64,000 nt of DNA. Origin: Mobula hypostoma. Its lineage: Eukaryota. Location of the stretch: contig NC_086100.1 in the NCBI RefSeq assembly GCF_963921235.1, positions 201,254,001 through 201,318,000 of the forward strand, in the 5' to 3' direction. Positions within the stretch are counted from its first letter, which is position 1, and each line of letters opens with the position of its first letter. Under the pieces are notes generated by a model. It was not told where the DNA came from, did not search any database, and saw only the letters and a list, made by a program, of their open reading frames with translations. Shown piece after piece: positions 25,301 through 37,300 of this stretch. A program made the translations under genes and the position numbers.

Positions 25301-28300
25301 CGGGAACCTCTGCTCCCGGGTCTGGTGCCGATGTCGTTGCGCCACTAGCCGGCCCTTCCAGCCCAGGCAACATCCTTTTAAATTATTTCTGCATCACATT
25401 TTCGAAATAAATAAATATTGTCTATTCACGTCCAAATCATTAACAGAATTAATGAAAAATGAGGGACCCAACAGCAACCCCTGTGGCACACCACTAGTCA
25501 CTGGCCTGCAGGCCGAGAAACAACCGTCAATCAGCACCTTTACTTCTTGGTTCAGTGCACTGTGTAATGATCTGATCTGTATGGCCAGTGTGCGAGACAA
25601 GCTTTTCACAGTATCTCGCTACAATAAACTAATACCACGCCAAGAAAATGTACAGTTGTGTAGCCTGGTTTCACTCGATCACAGGCATCGCTCTTCCCCA
25701 CCCTCTCTGCTGGCTCCATGATAACGTAGCAGTTAGCCGCTATTACAATACGGGACATTTAAGAGTTCATAGTTCACTTCCGATGCCAGAAGTTTGCACA
25801 GTGCTCTGCACTGTACCAGCATCAGCAGATTTGCTCTTGTTTGTTTTTGGTCGGTGGGTTAATTGGTCTTTGTAAATTGTCCTGCGATTAAGGTACTGCT
25901 TAAAGCTGGGATCCTGGGCAGTGCTGCTCAAAGGGCCAGTAACTCTAAATAAAAAGGTTAAATAAAAAATTTCTGAGATCCTCTCCAGGTCCTTCCCAGT
26001 TCTGGCAGAATCTCCCACGTGTGGATGGAGCTTCTGAGTATCCCTCATGCTCTGTTTCAAGCAGTAGGCCCAGACAGATGTGCCTGGCCAGCGCTACACC
26101 CACCTCCCACCCCCTGGTGAATGTTTCACTGCTGCTCTCTCCTCAGTTTCTGCCGGCAGGCACGGTCTGTAGACCAAAGCGGGGAGAATGCGACTTGCCA
26201 GAGTTCTGCACAGGCCAATCCCAGGACTGCCCCAACGATTGCTACATGAAAGATGGTCACACGTGCAGCAAAGGAAGTCTGTACTGCAACCGTGGGACCT
26301 GCCAGTCTACCGATCAGCAATGCCAGGGCATCTGGGGTCCAGGTGAGTACTGGCTTCTCACAGTCACCAGCTTCCATCCCCAGCAGCAGCTCACTATCCA
26401 ACACACAAACACAACTGGATGACTATCCCGAACCTTACAGCATCCACAATGCCCTGCAGATAGTGGATCGTGCAGGATCCGAGTGACCTCCCTCTCCGTG
26501 ACTGGGTCAGGCCTGCTCCCAGTAAATATCACTGGCATATGTCATGAAATTTGTTAATTTTGCAGCAGCAGTACAATGCAATACATAATGGAGAAAGAAA
26601 TACAGAATTATGGTAAATATATATAGAACACACAACATAGAATAGTACAGCACAGTACAGGCCCTTCGGCCCATAATGTTGTGCCGACCCTTAAACCCTG
26701 CCTCCCATATAACCCCCCACCTTAAATTCCTCCATATACCTGTCCAGTAGTCTTTTAAATTTTACTGGTGTAGCTGCCTCCACCACTGACTCAGGCAGTG
26801 TATTCCACGCACCAACCACTCTGAGTAAAAAAACCTTCCTCTAATATCCCCCTTGAAATTCCCACCCCTTACCTTAAAGCCATGTCCTCTTGTATTGAGC
26901 TGTGGTGCCCTGGGGAAGAGGCGCTGGCTAGCCACTCTATCTATTCCTCTTATTATCTTGTACACCTCTATCATGTCTCCTCTCATTCTCCTTCTCTCCA
27001 AAGAGTAAAGACCTAGCTCCCTTAATCTCTGATCATAATGCATACACTCTAAACCAGGCAGCATCCTGGTAAATCTCCTCTGTACCCTTTCCAATGCTTC
27101 CACATCCTTCCTATAGTGAGGCGGCCAGAACTGGACACAGTACTCCAACTGCAGCCTAACCAGAGTTTTATAGAGCTGCATCATTACATCGCGACTCTTA
27201 AACTCTGTCCCTCGACTTATGAAAGCTAACACCCCATAAAGCTTTCTTAACTACCCTATCTAACTGTGAGGCAACTTTCAGGGATCTGTGGACATGTACC
27301 CCCAGACCCCTCTGCTCCTCCACACTACCAAGTATCCTACCACTTACTTTGTACTCTGCCTTGGAGTTTGTCCTTCCAAAGTGTACCACCTCACACCTCT
27401 CCGGGTTGAACTCCATCTGCCACTTCTCAGCCCACTTCTGCATCCTGTCAATGTCTCTCTGCAATCTTCGACAATCCTGTACACTATCTACAACACCACC
27501 AACCTTTGTGTCGTCTGCAAACTTGCCAACCCACCCTTCTACCCCTACATCCAGGTCATTAATAAAAATCACAAAAAGTAGAGGTCCCAGAACTGACCCC
27601 TGTGGGACACCACTAGTCACAACCTTCCAATCTGAATGTACTCCCTCCACCACGACCCTCTGCTTTCTGCAGGCAAGCCAATTCTGAATCCACCTGGCCA
27701 AACTTCCCTGGATCCCATGCCTTCTGACTTTCTGAATAAGCCTACCATGTGGAACCTTGTCAGATGCCTTACTAAAATCCATATAGATCACATTCACTGC
27801 ACTACCCTCATCTATATGCCTGGTCACCTCCTCAAAGAACTCTATCAGGCTTGTTAGACACGATCGCCCTTCACAAAGCCATGCTGACTGTCCCTGATCA
27901 GACCATGTTTCTCTAAATGCCCATAGATCCTACCTCTAAGAATCTTTTCCAACAACTTTCCCACCACAGACGTAAGACTCACTGGTCTATAATTACCCGG
28001 ACTATCCCTACTACCTTTTTTGAACAATGGGACAACATTCGTCTCCCTCCAATCCTCCGGTACCATTTCCGTGGATAACAAGGGCATAAAGATCTTAGCC
28101 AGAGGCTCAGCAATCTCTTTCCTTGCCTTGTTTAGCAGCCTGGGGAAAATTCCGTCAGGCCCCGGGGACTTATCCATCCTCATGCATTTTAATAACTCCA
28201 ACACCTCCTCTCCCTTAATATCAACATGGTCCAGAGCATCAACCTTATATATTAAATAAGAAGTGAAAAAAATCGAAATAAATAAGTAGTGAGGTAGTGT

Positions 28301-31300
28301 TCATGAGTTCATTGTCCATTCAGAAATCAGATGGCGGGGGGAAGAAACTGTTCCTGAATTGTTGAATGTGTGCTTTCAGGCTTCTGTACCTCCTTCCTGA
28401 TGGCAGCAATGAGAACAAGGCATGTCCTGGGTGATGGGGGTCTTTAGTGATGGACACCACCTTCTTGAAGCATCGCTCCTTGAAGATGTCCTGGATACAA
28501 TGGAGACTAGTGCTCATGACAGAGTTGATTAAGTTTACAACTCTGGGTCTTACTTCGATCCTGTGCAGTAGCCACCACCATTCCCCCAGACGGTAATGCG
28601 ACCAGTTAGAATGCTCTCCACAACACATCTGTAGAAATTTACGAGAAATTTTGGGGACATCCCAAATCTTCTCAAACTCTTCATGAAATTTTGCCACAGT
28701 CATGGGCCTTCTTTACAGCTGCATCATTATGTTGGGATCAGGTTAGATCCACGAGATTTTGACACCCAGGAACTTGAAATTGCTCAGTGTTTCCACTTTT
28801 AATCTCTCAATGAGGATTGGTTTGTGATCCCTCGTCTCACCCTTCCTGAAGTCCACAATCAGTTCTTTGGCTTTAATGATGCTGAGTGCCAGGTTGTTGC
28901 TGCGTCACCACTCAACTAGCTGGTATATCTCGCTCCTGAATGCCCTCTCATCACCGTCTGAGATTCTACCAGCAGTGGCTGTGACATCAGATGGTATCTG
29001 AGCTTACCCAGCCACACAGTCATATGTGTGGAGACAGTAGGCTAAGCACACACCCCTGTGGTGCAGCGGTGTTGATTGTCAGCCAAGTGGAGATGGTGTC
29101 TCCCATCCGCACAGATCGTGGTGTTCCGGTTCGGATGCTGGGGATTTCATTGAAGAGGAAAGTACAGAGCCCAGGTTCTGGAGCTTTTTGATCAGAACCA
29201 CAGAAACGATTGTGTTAAGTACTGAGCTAAAGTCACTAAACAGCATCCTGATGTAGGTGATCCAAGGCCATGCGAAGAGCCAGTGAGATTGCATCTGCCT
29301 TAGACCTACTGTAGTGGGTTCAGGTCCTTGCTGAGACAGGAGTTCATTCCAGCTATGACCCACCTCTCATGATGGTCATTAAGGCAGCTCACACTACTCT
29401 TCTTGGGTAATTGAATTTATTTATTTAATTCTTATATCCATCCCACGATGTGAGGGAGTGAAAATCTTTGTGTTATTACTCCATTGCAATGTACGGGCAT
29501 GTGAATTTATAAGTCTAATGGCTTGTAGAAAGAAGCAGTCCTGTCACTCTTGGCTTTAATGCTGCGGTACCGTTTGCCAGTCAGAAGCAGCTGGAACAGT
29601 TTATGGTGGGGCTGACTGGTGTCCCCAATGATCTTCCAGGCCTTTTTCACGCACTTGCTGTTGTGAATGTCCTCAGTGGAGGGAAGTTCACATCCACAGA
29701 TGCGCTGGGCTGCCTGTACCACTCTCTGCAGTGCCCGGCGATCAAAGTTGGTTCAGGTCCCGTACCAGGCGGTCAGGATGCTCTCAGTGGTGTCCCTGTA
29801 GAAGGTCTTGAGGATTTGGGAGCTCATGCCGAACTTCTTCAGCTACCGGAGGTGGAAGAGATGCTGTTGTGCGTTTTTTGCCACACAGCAGTGTGTACAG
29901 TTGAGGTGAGATCTTCAGTGATGTGAATACCGAGGAACTTGAAACTACTCACCCTCTCAACTGCAGACCCCTTGATGCTGAATGGGGCGAGCCTGTCTCC
30001 GTTCCTCCTGTAATCCACAATCTGCTCTTTTGTTTCTTGGGCACTGAGGGAGGGGTTGTTATCCTGACACCACTGTGTCAGGGTGTCAACCTCTCCTCTG
30101 TAGGATGTCTCATCACTGCTAGAAATAAGGCCAATCAAAGTCATGTCATTTGCGAGTTTTATCAGCAGGTTGGAGCTGTGTGTGGCAGCACAGTCGTGGG
30201 TGTAAAGAGAGTAGAGGATGGGACTCAGGACACAACCCTGGGGGGCACCTGTGTTGAGCGGCAGAGGAATTTGGGTATGTATTGAAACACAGAAAACTTA
30301 CAGCACAATACAGGCCTTTTGACCCACAAAGCTCTGCTGAACATGCTATTACCTTAGAACTACCTAGGCTTAACCATAGCCCTCTATTTTTCTAAGCTCT
30401 ATGTATCTATTCAGGAATCTCTTAAAAGACCCTATCATTTCTGCTTCCGCCACCACTGTCAGCAATCCATTCCATGCATTCACCACTCTCTGCGTAAAAA
30501 ACTTACCCCTGACATCTCTGTATCTGCTTCCAAGCACCTTAAAACTATGCCCTCTCATGCTAGCCAATTCAGCCCTGGGAAAAAGACTCGGACTATCCAC
30601 ATGATCAATGCCTCTCATTATCTTGTACACCTCTATCAGGTCACCTCTCATCCTCTGTCGCTCCAAGGAGAAAAGGCCGAGTTCACTCAACCTATTCTCA
30701 TAAGGCATGCTCCCCAATCCAGGCAACATCCTCGTAAATCTCCTCTGCACCCTTTCTATGGTTTCCACGTCCTTCCTGTAGTGAGGCGACCAGAACTGAG
30801 CACAGTACTCCAAGTGGGGTCTGACTAGGGTCCTATATCACTGCAACATTACCTCTCGACTCTTAAACTCAATCCCATGATTGATAAAGGCCAATACACC
30901 ATATGCCTTTTTAACCACAGGGTCAACCTGCATAGCAGCTTTGAGTGTCCTATGGACTCAGACCCCAAGATCTCTCTGATCCTCCACACTGCAAACAGTC
31001 TTACCATTAATACTATATTCTGCCATCATTTTGACCTACCAAAATGAACCACCTCACACTTATCTGGGTTGAACTCCATCTGTCACTTCTCAGCCCAGTT
31101 TTGCATCCTATCAATGTCCCGTTGTAACTTCTGACACTATTCACAACACCCCCAACCTTTGTGTCATCAGCAAATTTACTAACCCATCCCTCCAGTTCCT
31201 CATCCAGGTCATTTATAAAAAATCACAAAGAGTAGGGGTCCCAGAACAGATCCCTGAGGCACACCACTGGTCACCGGCCTCCATGCAGAATATGACCTGT

Positions 31301-34300
31301 CTACAACCACTCTTTGCCTTCTGTGGGCAAGCCAGTTCTGGATCCACAAAGCAATGTCCCCTTGGATCCAATGCCTCCTTACTTTCTTAATAAGCCTCTC
31401 ATGGGGTACCTTGTCAAATGCCTTGCTAAAATCCATATACACTACATCTACGGCTCTACCTTCATCAATGTGCTTAGTCACATCCTCAAAAAATTCAATC
31501 AGGCTCGTAAGGCACGACCTGCCTTTGACAAAGCTATGCTGACTATTCCTAATCATATTACGCCTCTCCAAATGTTCATAAATCCTGCCTCTCAGGATCT
31601 TCTCCATCAACTTACCAACCACTGAAGTAAGACTCACTGGCCTATAATTTCCTGGGCTATCTCTATTCCCTTTCTTGAATAAGGGAACAACATCTACAAC
31701 CCTCCAATCCTCCAGAACCTCTCCCGTCCTTAGTGATGATGCAAAGATCATTGCCAGAGGCTCAACAATCTCCTCCCTCGCTTCCCACAGTAGCCTGGGG
31801 TACATCTCATCCAGTCCCGGTGACTTATCCAACTTGATGCTTTTGAAAAGCTCCAGCACATCCTCTTCCTTAATATCTAAATGCTCAAGCCTTTCAGTCC
31901 GCTGGAAGTCATCCCTAGAACTGACAAGATCCTTTTCCATAGTGAATACTGAAGCAAAGTCTTCATTAAGTACCAATTATATTGGTATAATTGTTGCCCT
32001 TTTGAAGCAGGTGGAAACTTCTGACCGAGATTGAAAATGTCCTTGAACACCCCTGCCAGTCGTCGGCACAGCTTTTCAAAGACTTGCTAAGTATTCCATC
32101 GGGGCCTATCGCATTGGGAGGGTTCACTTCTTGAAAGACACCTTGAGCATTGGCCTCTGAGACAGAGGTAACAGGGTCTCCGGCTGTTTAAGGGATTGAC
32201 ATAGCTGTAGTTCCATTCTCCCTTTCAAAGTGAGCATAAAAGGTGTTGAACTCATCTGGGCCATTCATGATGATATGTTTCGCTTTGGAGGAAGTAATGG
32301 CCTGCAAACCCTTCCAGAGCTGACATGCATCAGGTTTCACCTCCAACCTCATTTGGAATTGTTCCTTAGCTCTTGAAATATCCCTCCACAAGTTGTACCC
32401 GTTGTTCTTCTGCAGACCTGAGTTGCCAGGCTTAAAATGCCTCAGCAGACATTGAACCACCTGGTTCATCCACGACCTTTGATTCCGGTATGTACGGTCA
32501 GTTCTCGTGGGCACACACTCATCCACACAGGTTTAGTGAAGTCAGTGACAGCTGTGGTGTGCTCAATCACTCAAAGACAAATCCCTGAATACAGTCCAGT
32601 CCAACAAATCAAAGCCGTCCTATAAGCACTCCTGTGCTTCCCTTGTCCGCCCCTTCTTGGTCCTCACTGCTGGCGCTGCAGTCTTCAGTCTCTGGTGATC
32701 AGACTTTCGAAAGTGGGTGTGGGACAGCATGGTAAACACTCTTGCTGGTGGTGTAACAGTGGTCCAGGGTGTGGTCAGGCCTGGTCCCAGTAAACTCAGG
32801 CTCAGCTACTTTTAAAGATGGCAGGAGAAATCAAAATCAGAATCAAGTTTTAAAATCATGTGCATATGTCATGAAATTTGTGGTTTTGCAGCAGCAGTGC
32901 ATTATATAAAAAACTATTTATTACAAGAAGAAATTTCTATATAAAAATAAATGTAGTTGAAAAAGAGAGCAAAAATGGTAGCAATGAGAAGAGAGCATGT
33001 CCTGGGTGAGGGGGGGGGTCCTGGGTGACGGGGGGTCCTGGGTGAGGGGGGGTCCTGGGTGAGGGGGGGGTCCTGGGTGACGGGGGTCCTGGGTGATGGA
33101 TGCCACCTTTCTGAGACATCACCTTTTGAAGGTGACCTCGATGTTGGGGAGGAGAGTGCCCACGATTGAGCTGACTGAGTTTCTGCAACTTTTTCCGATC
33201 CTGTGCAGTGACCCCTCCAGACCAGAGGGTGATGCAGTCCGTTAGAATGCTCTCCACGGTACATCTGTAGAAATTTGCGAGAGTCTTTAGTGACACACCG
33301 TCTCCTCAAACTCATAATTAAAACTCATTCCGTGCACGCCATGTGGGAAGGAAAGGGGGGAGGGTGCAGTAGACCATGGCTGGGAGGAAAAGTAGTTCCT
33401 GGCTTTAATTCTCACTGTAATTTAGCTAGTCCCTCATACTCTGCATCTCACACCTGCTGAAAACTTCCCCCACCCTCTCAAGGAATAAAGACCATAAGAC
33501 CTTATTTGCTAAAAAGAGAAAATCTATTTGATAAAAATCACTTTGCTCAATGGCCAATCCAAACGTCAAAAGTTTTGAGAGGAGGGGACTTTAATCAGGT
33601 CCACTGCTCAAGGATAAAAGGTAGCAGCAGGTCAGTACAACCAAAGAGCTTTAACCAGCAGCCGATCGGTGTTTGGGATTGATTAGCAAGAGCAAATTAA
33701 AGAAAGGTGGGGCAAGCGCAGTGGCCATCGTCTGAGCAGACAGAGTCTTCAGGCTTTAGCTCTTCAAGGCTTCAGCGAAGAATTGGAGTCAGAATCGGAA
33801 TCAAAGAGGCTTCACTCTGAGAAAGCAAAGGGAAGAAAAGCTCAAGCTCTTTTGTTCTTTCCGTATATCTGCTCAGCTAGGGACAGCAGAGATGCCAGGC
33901 AGGAGAGTGGGATGCCCCTGTTCTGGAATGTGGGAGGGCAGGGTGACTACATTCCTGGTGACTACAACTGCATAGAATATATTGAGCTGCAGCTTCTAAA
34001 AATGCATGTTAAGAACATAAGAGCAGGAGTAGGCCATCTGGCCCGTCGAGCCTGCTCCACCATTCAATAAGATCATGGCTGATCTGGCCATGGACTCATC
34101 TCCACCTACCTGCCTTTTCCCCATCACCCTTAATTCCCCTACTACGCAAAAATCTATCCAACCTTGTCTTAAATATATTTACTGAGGTAGCCTCCACTGC
34201 TTCATTGGGCAGAGAATTCCACAGATTCACCACTCCCTGGGAAAAGCTTCCTTCTCATCTCTGTCCTAAATCTACTCCCCCGAATCTTAAAGCTATGTCC

Positions 34301-37300
34301 TCTAATTCTAGTCTCACCTACCAGTGGAAACAACTTTCCTGCCTCTATATTATCTTTCCCGGGCAACTCAATCTCTCCTTATAGTCTAACCCCCTCATCT
34401 CTGGTGTTACGTGCACACAACCCTGGGGAAAGTACCGGTTATGTGCACACAACACTGTAAAAAGTATCAGCAGCAATAAAACACATCTGGAGTCTGTTTT
34501 TGATGTTAAAATCCACTATTTTTATTAGTAACTACTAAATATAGTAACTTAACCAAGTGATCAAAAGTTAGCAGTGATATGCAAAGATAGGTGTATAGAT
34601 AACGTTCCCAAACTTATTCAAGCTCAGGTGGCAAGAGTTACAGTCTTACGATGGTATGTAAGAAAGTTCAGTTCATTCCTCAGGTTAGTTAATGTGAGAA
34701 ATTTGTAATGCAAAGGCGAATGTTGTGAGAAGGCAATTACGTCGATATTCCACAGATTCCACAACAGCAATATAAAACAACAATAGCAGCAGGTTTTATC
34801 TCCGAAGTTGTTCCACTCCACACACGAAATATCACCAACAGTAGCTTATCACAAAGGGGACCCTCTTCAAGGGAACCACCAGCCAGGCAAGGGTCAACAT
34901 ACCGGTAGATTCCATACGGTTACCCCAAACACACAGTGTGATTGCCACTTATCCAGTTGCATGACATACGAAATAACTCCAACAGTGATTTGCCACAGGA
35001 GTGCCTTTCTCAGTAAACCACCACACCCAGACAAAGGGTAAATACACATGTGGTTATCACAAAGGTTTTCCCCTCACCAGAGAACTCACTCCTGTGGATT
35101 AACTATGTGACAATCACATATTCGTATTTGAATAGAATCAAACTCACCCTTACATGCTACTTAGAAGAGAGTCCAAACAGTGATCTCTTTATCACCAGGT
35201 TTCTTCAGTTTCAAACCTTTCTCTCCCCTCCTGTTTCTCTGCAAACTTCTGGTTGCAGTACTTTGTGGGATTCGTTCATCAATACTCTGGATCGATCTCA
35301 ACTCACCCCTTTTGGGTTACTGGAAGTTTAAACCAGTGACCTCACTCACTGGTGTCTTCCCATGATCGAAACCATCTCGATTCTGAGCATGTGTGTCTCC
35401 ATGTGTGACTGTGAGAGGATCATCTGACCTTGCTTATTCCAAACAAGCCATGAGAAACCATAAACATTCATTGTCCATCAAATAATTCCACCTTTCTCAC
35501 CATAGTAACCCAGCAATTCTGTAGTCAGCAGAAACCCAACACTGTCCAAAAGTCAGTCTCATTCGCTCGGTGTCTTAAAGTGACAGTCCACAGAAAAAAT
35601 GAACCCTAGGGGTATATAACACTGGAATCAACCTGGTCAACCTCCTCTGCACCGCCTCCAAAGCCAGTATACCCTTCCCCAAGTACGGAGACCAGACTGC
35701 ACACAGTACTCCAGGTGCAGCCTCACCAGTACCCTGTATAGTTGCAGCATGACCTCCCTGCTCTTGAATTCAATCCCTCTAGCAATGAAGGCCAACATTC
35801 CGTTTGCCTTCTTGATAGTTTGCTGCACCTGCAAACAACCTTTTGTAATTCATGTACAAGCACTCCCCAAGTCCCTCTGCCTGGCAGCATGCTGAATTTT
35901 TTCACCATTTAAATAATAATCCGCTGTTCCATTTTTTCTTCCAAGGTGGATGACATCGTATTTACCAACATTGTACTCCATCTGTCAGACCTTTGCCCAC
36001 TCACTTAACCTATCTATATCTCTCTGCAGACTCTCTGTATTTTCTGCACAATTTGCTTTCCCACTCAATTTTGTATCATCAGCAAACTTAGATACACTAC
36101 ACTTGGCTCCTTTTTCTAGATCATTAATGTATATCGTGAACAGTTGTGGGCCCAGCACCAAGCCCTGTGGCACACTGCTCACCACTGATTGCCAACCAGA
36201 GAAACAGCCATGTATCCCAACTCTCTGTTTTCTATTAGACACTAGACACTAGAACACTACAGCACAGTACAGGCTCTTCGGCCCTTGATGTTGTGCCCAC
36301 CCATATATTCCTACAAAAAAAAGTACTAAACCCACACTACCCCATAACCCTCTATTGTTCTTTCATCCATGTGCCTGTCCAAGAGGTTCTTAAATAGCCC
36401 TAATGTCGTAGTCTCCATCACCATCCCTGGCAAGTCATTCCAGGCTCCCACAACCCTCTGTGTAAAAAACTTACCCCTGATGTCCCCCCTAAACTTCCCT
36501 CCCTTAACTTTGTACATATGCCCTCTGGTGTTTGCTATTCGTGCCCTGGGAAACAGGTACTGGCTATCCACCCTATCTATGCCTCTCATAATCTTGTAGA
36601 CCTCTATCAAGTCCCCTCTCATCCTTCTAGGCTCCAAAGAGAAAAGTCCCAGTTCTGCTAACCTTGCCTCAAGAAGACTTGTTTTCCAATCCAGGCAACA
36701 TCCTAGTAAATCTCCTCTGCACCCTCTCCATAGATTCCACATCCTTCCTATAATGAGGTGACCAGAACTGAACACAATATTCTAAATGTGGTCTCACCAG
36801 AGATTTGTAGAGTTGCAACATGACCTCTCTACTCTTGAACTCAATCCCCCTATTAATGAAGCCTAGCATCCCATAAGCCTTCGTAACTATCCTATCCATC
36901 TGTTCCCCTCTATCCACTGCACTTGTTATATCCTCAAAGAACTCCAGTCTGTCAAATAGGACCTGCTTTGCTGAATCCATGCTGTGTCTGCCTGATGGAT
37001 CCATTTCTTTCCAGATGCCTCGCTATTTCTTCTTTACTGATAGCTTCAAGTATTTTCCCAACTACAGATGTTAAACTAACTGGTCTATAGTTACCTTCCT
37101 TTTGCCTACATCATTTTTTGAACAGTGGCGTGACATTTGCCATCTTCTAATCCGCCAGGACCTACCCAGAGTCCAGAGAATTTTGATAAATTATCACCAA
37201 AGCCTCCACTATAACTTCTGGCATTCTTTCAGTACCCTGAGATGCATTCCATCAGGAGCAGGAGACTTGTTTATCTTCAGGTCCACAAGTTTGTTCAGCA

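Noticed and set aside
32914..33315. Proline-rich ORFs or a CRISPR-like array
   Set aside because: These come from a G-rich minisatellite with no unique spacers, in a eukaryotic context
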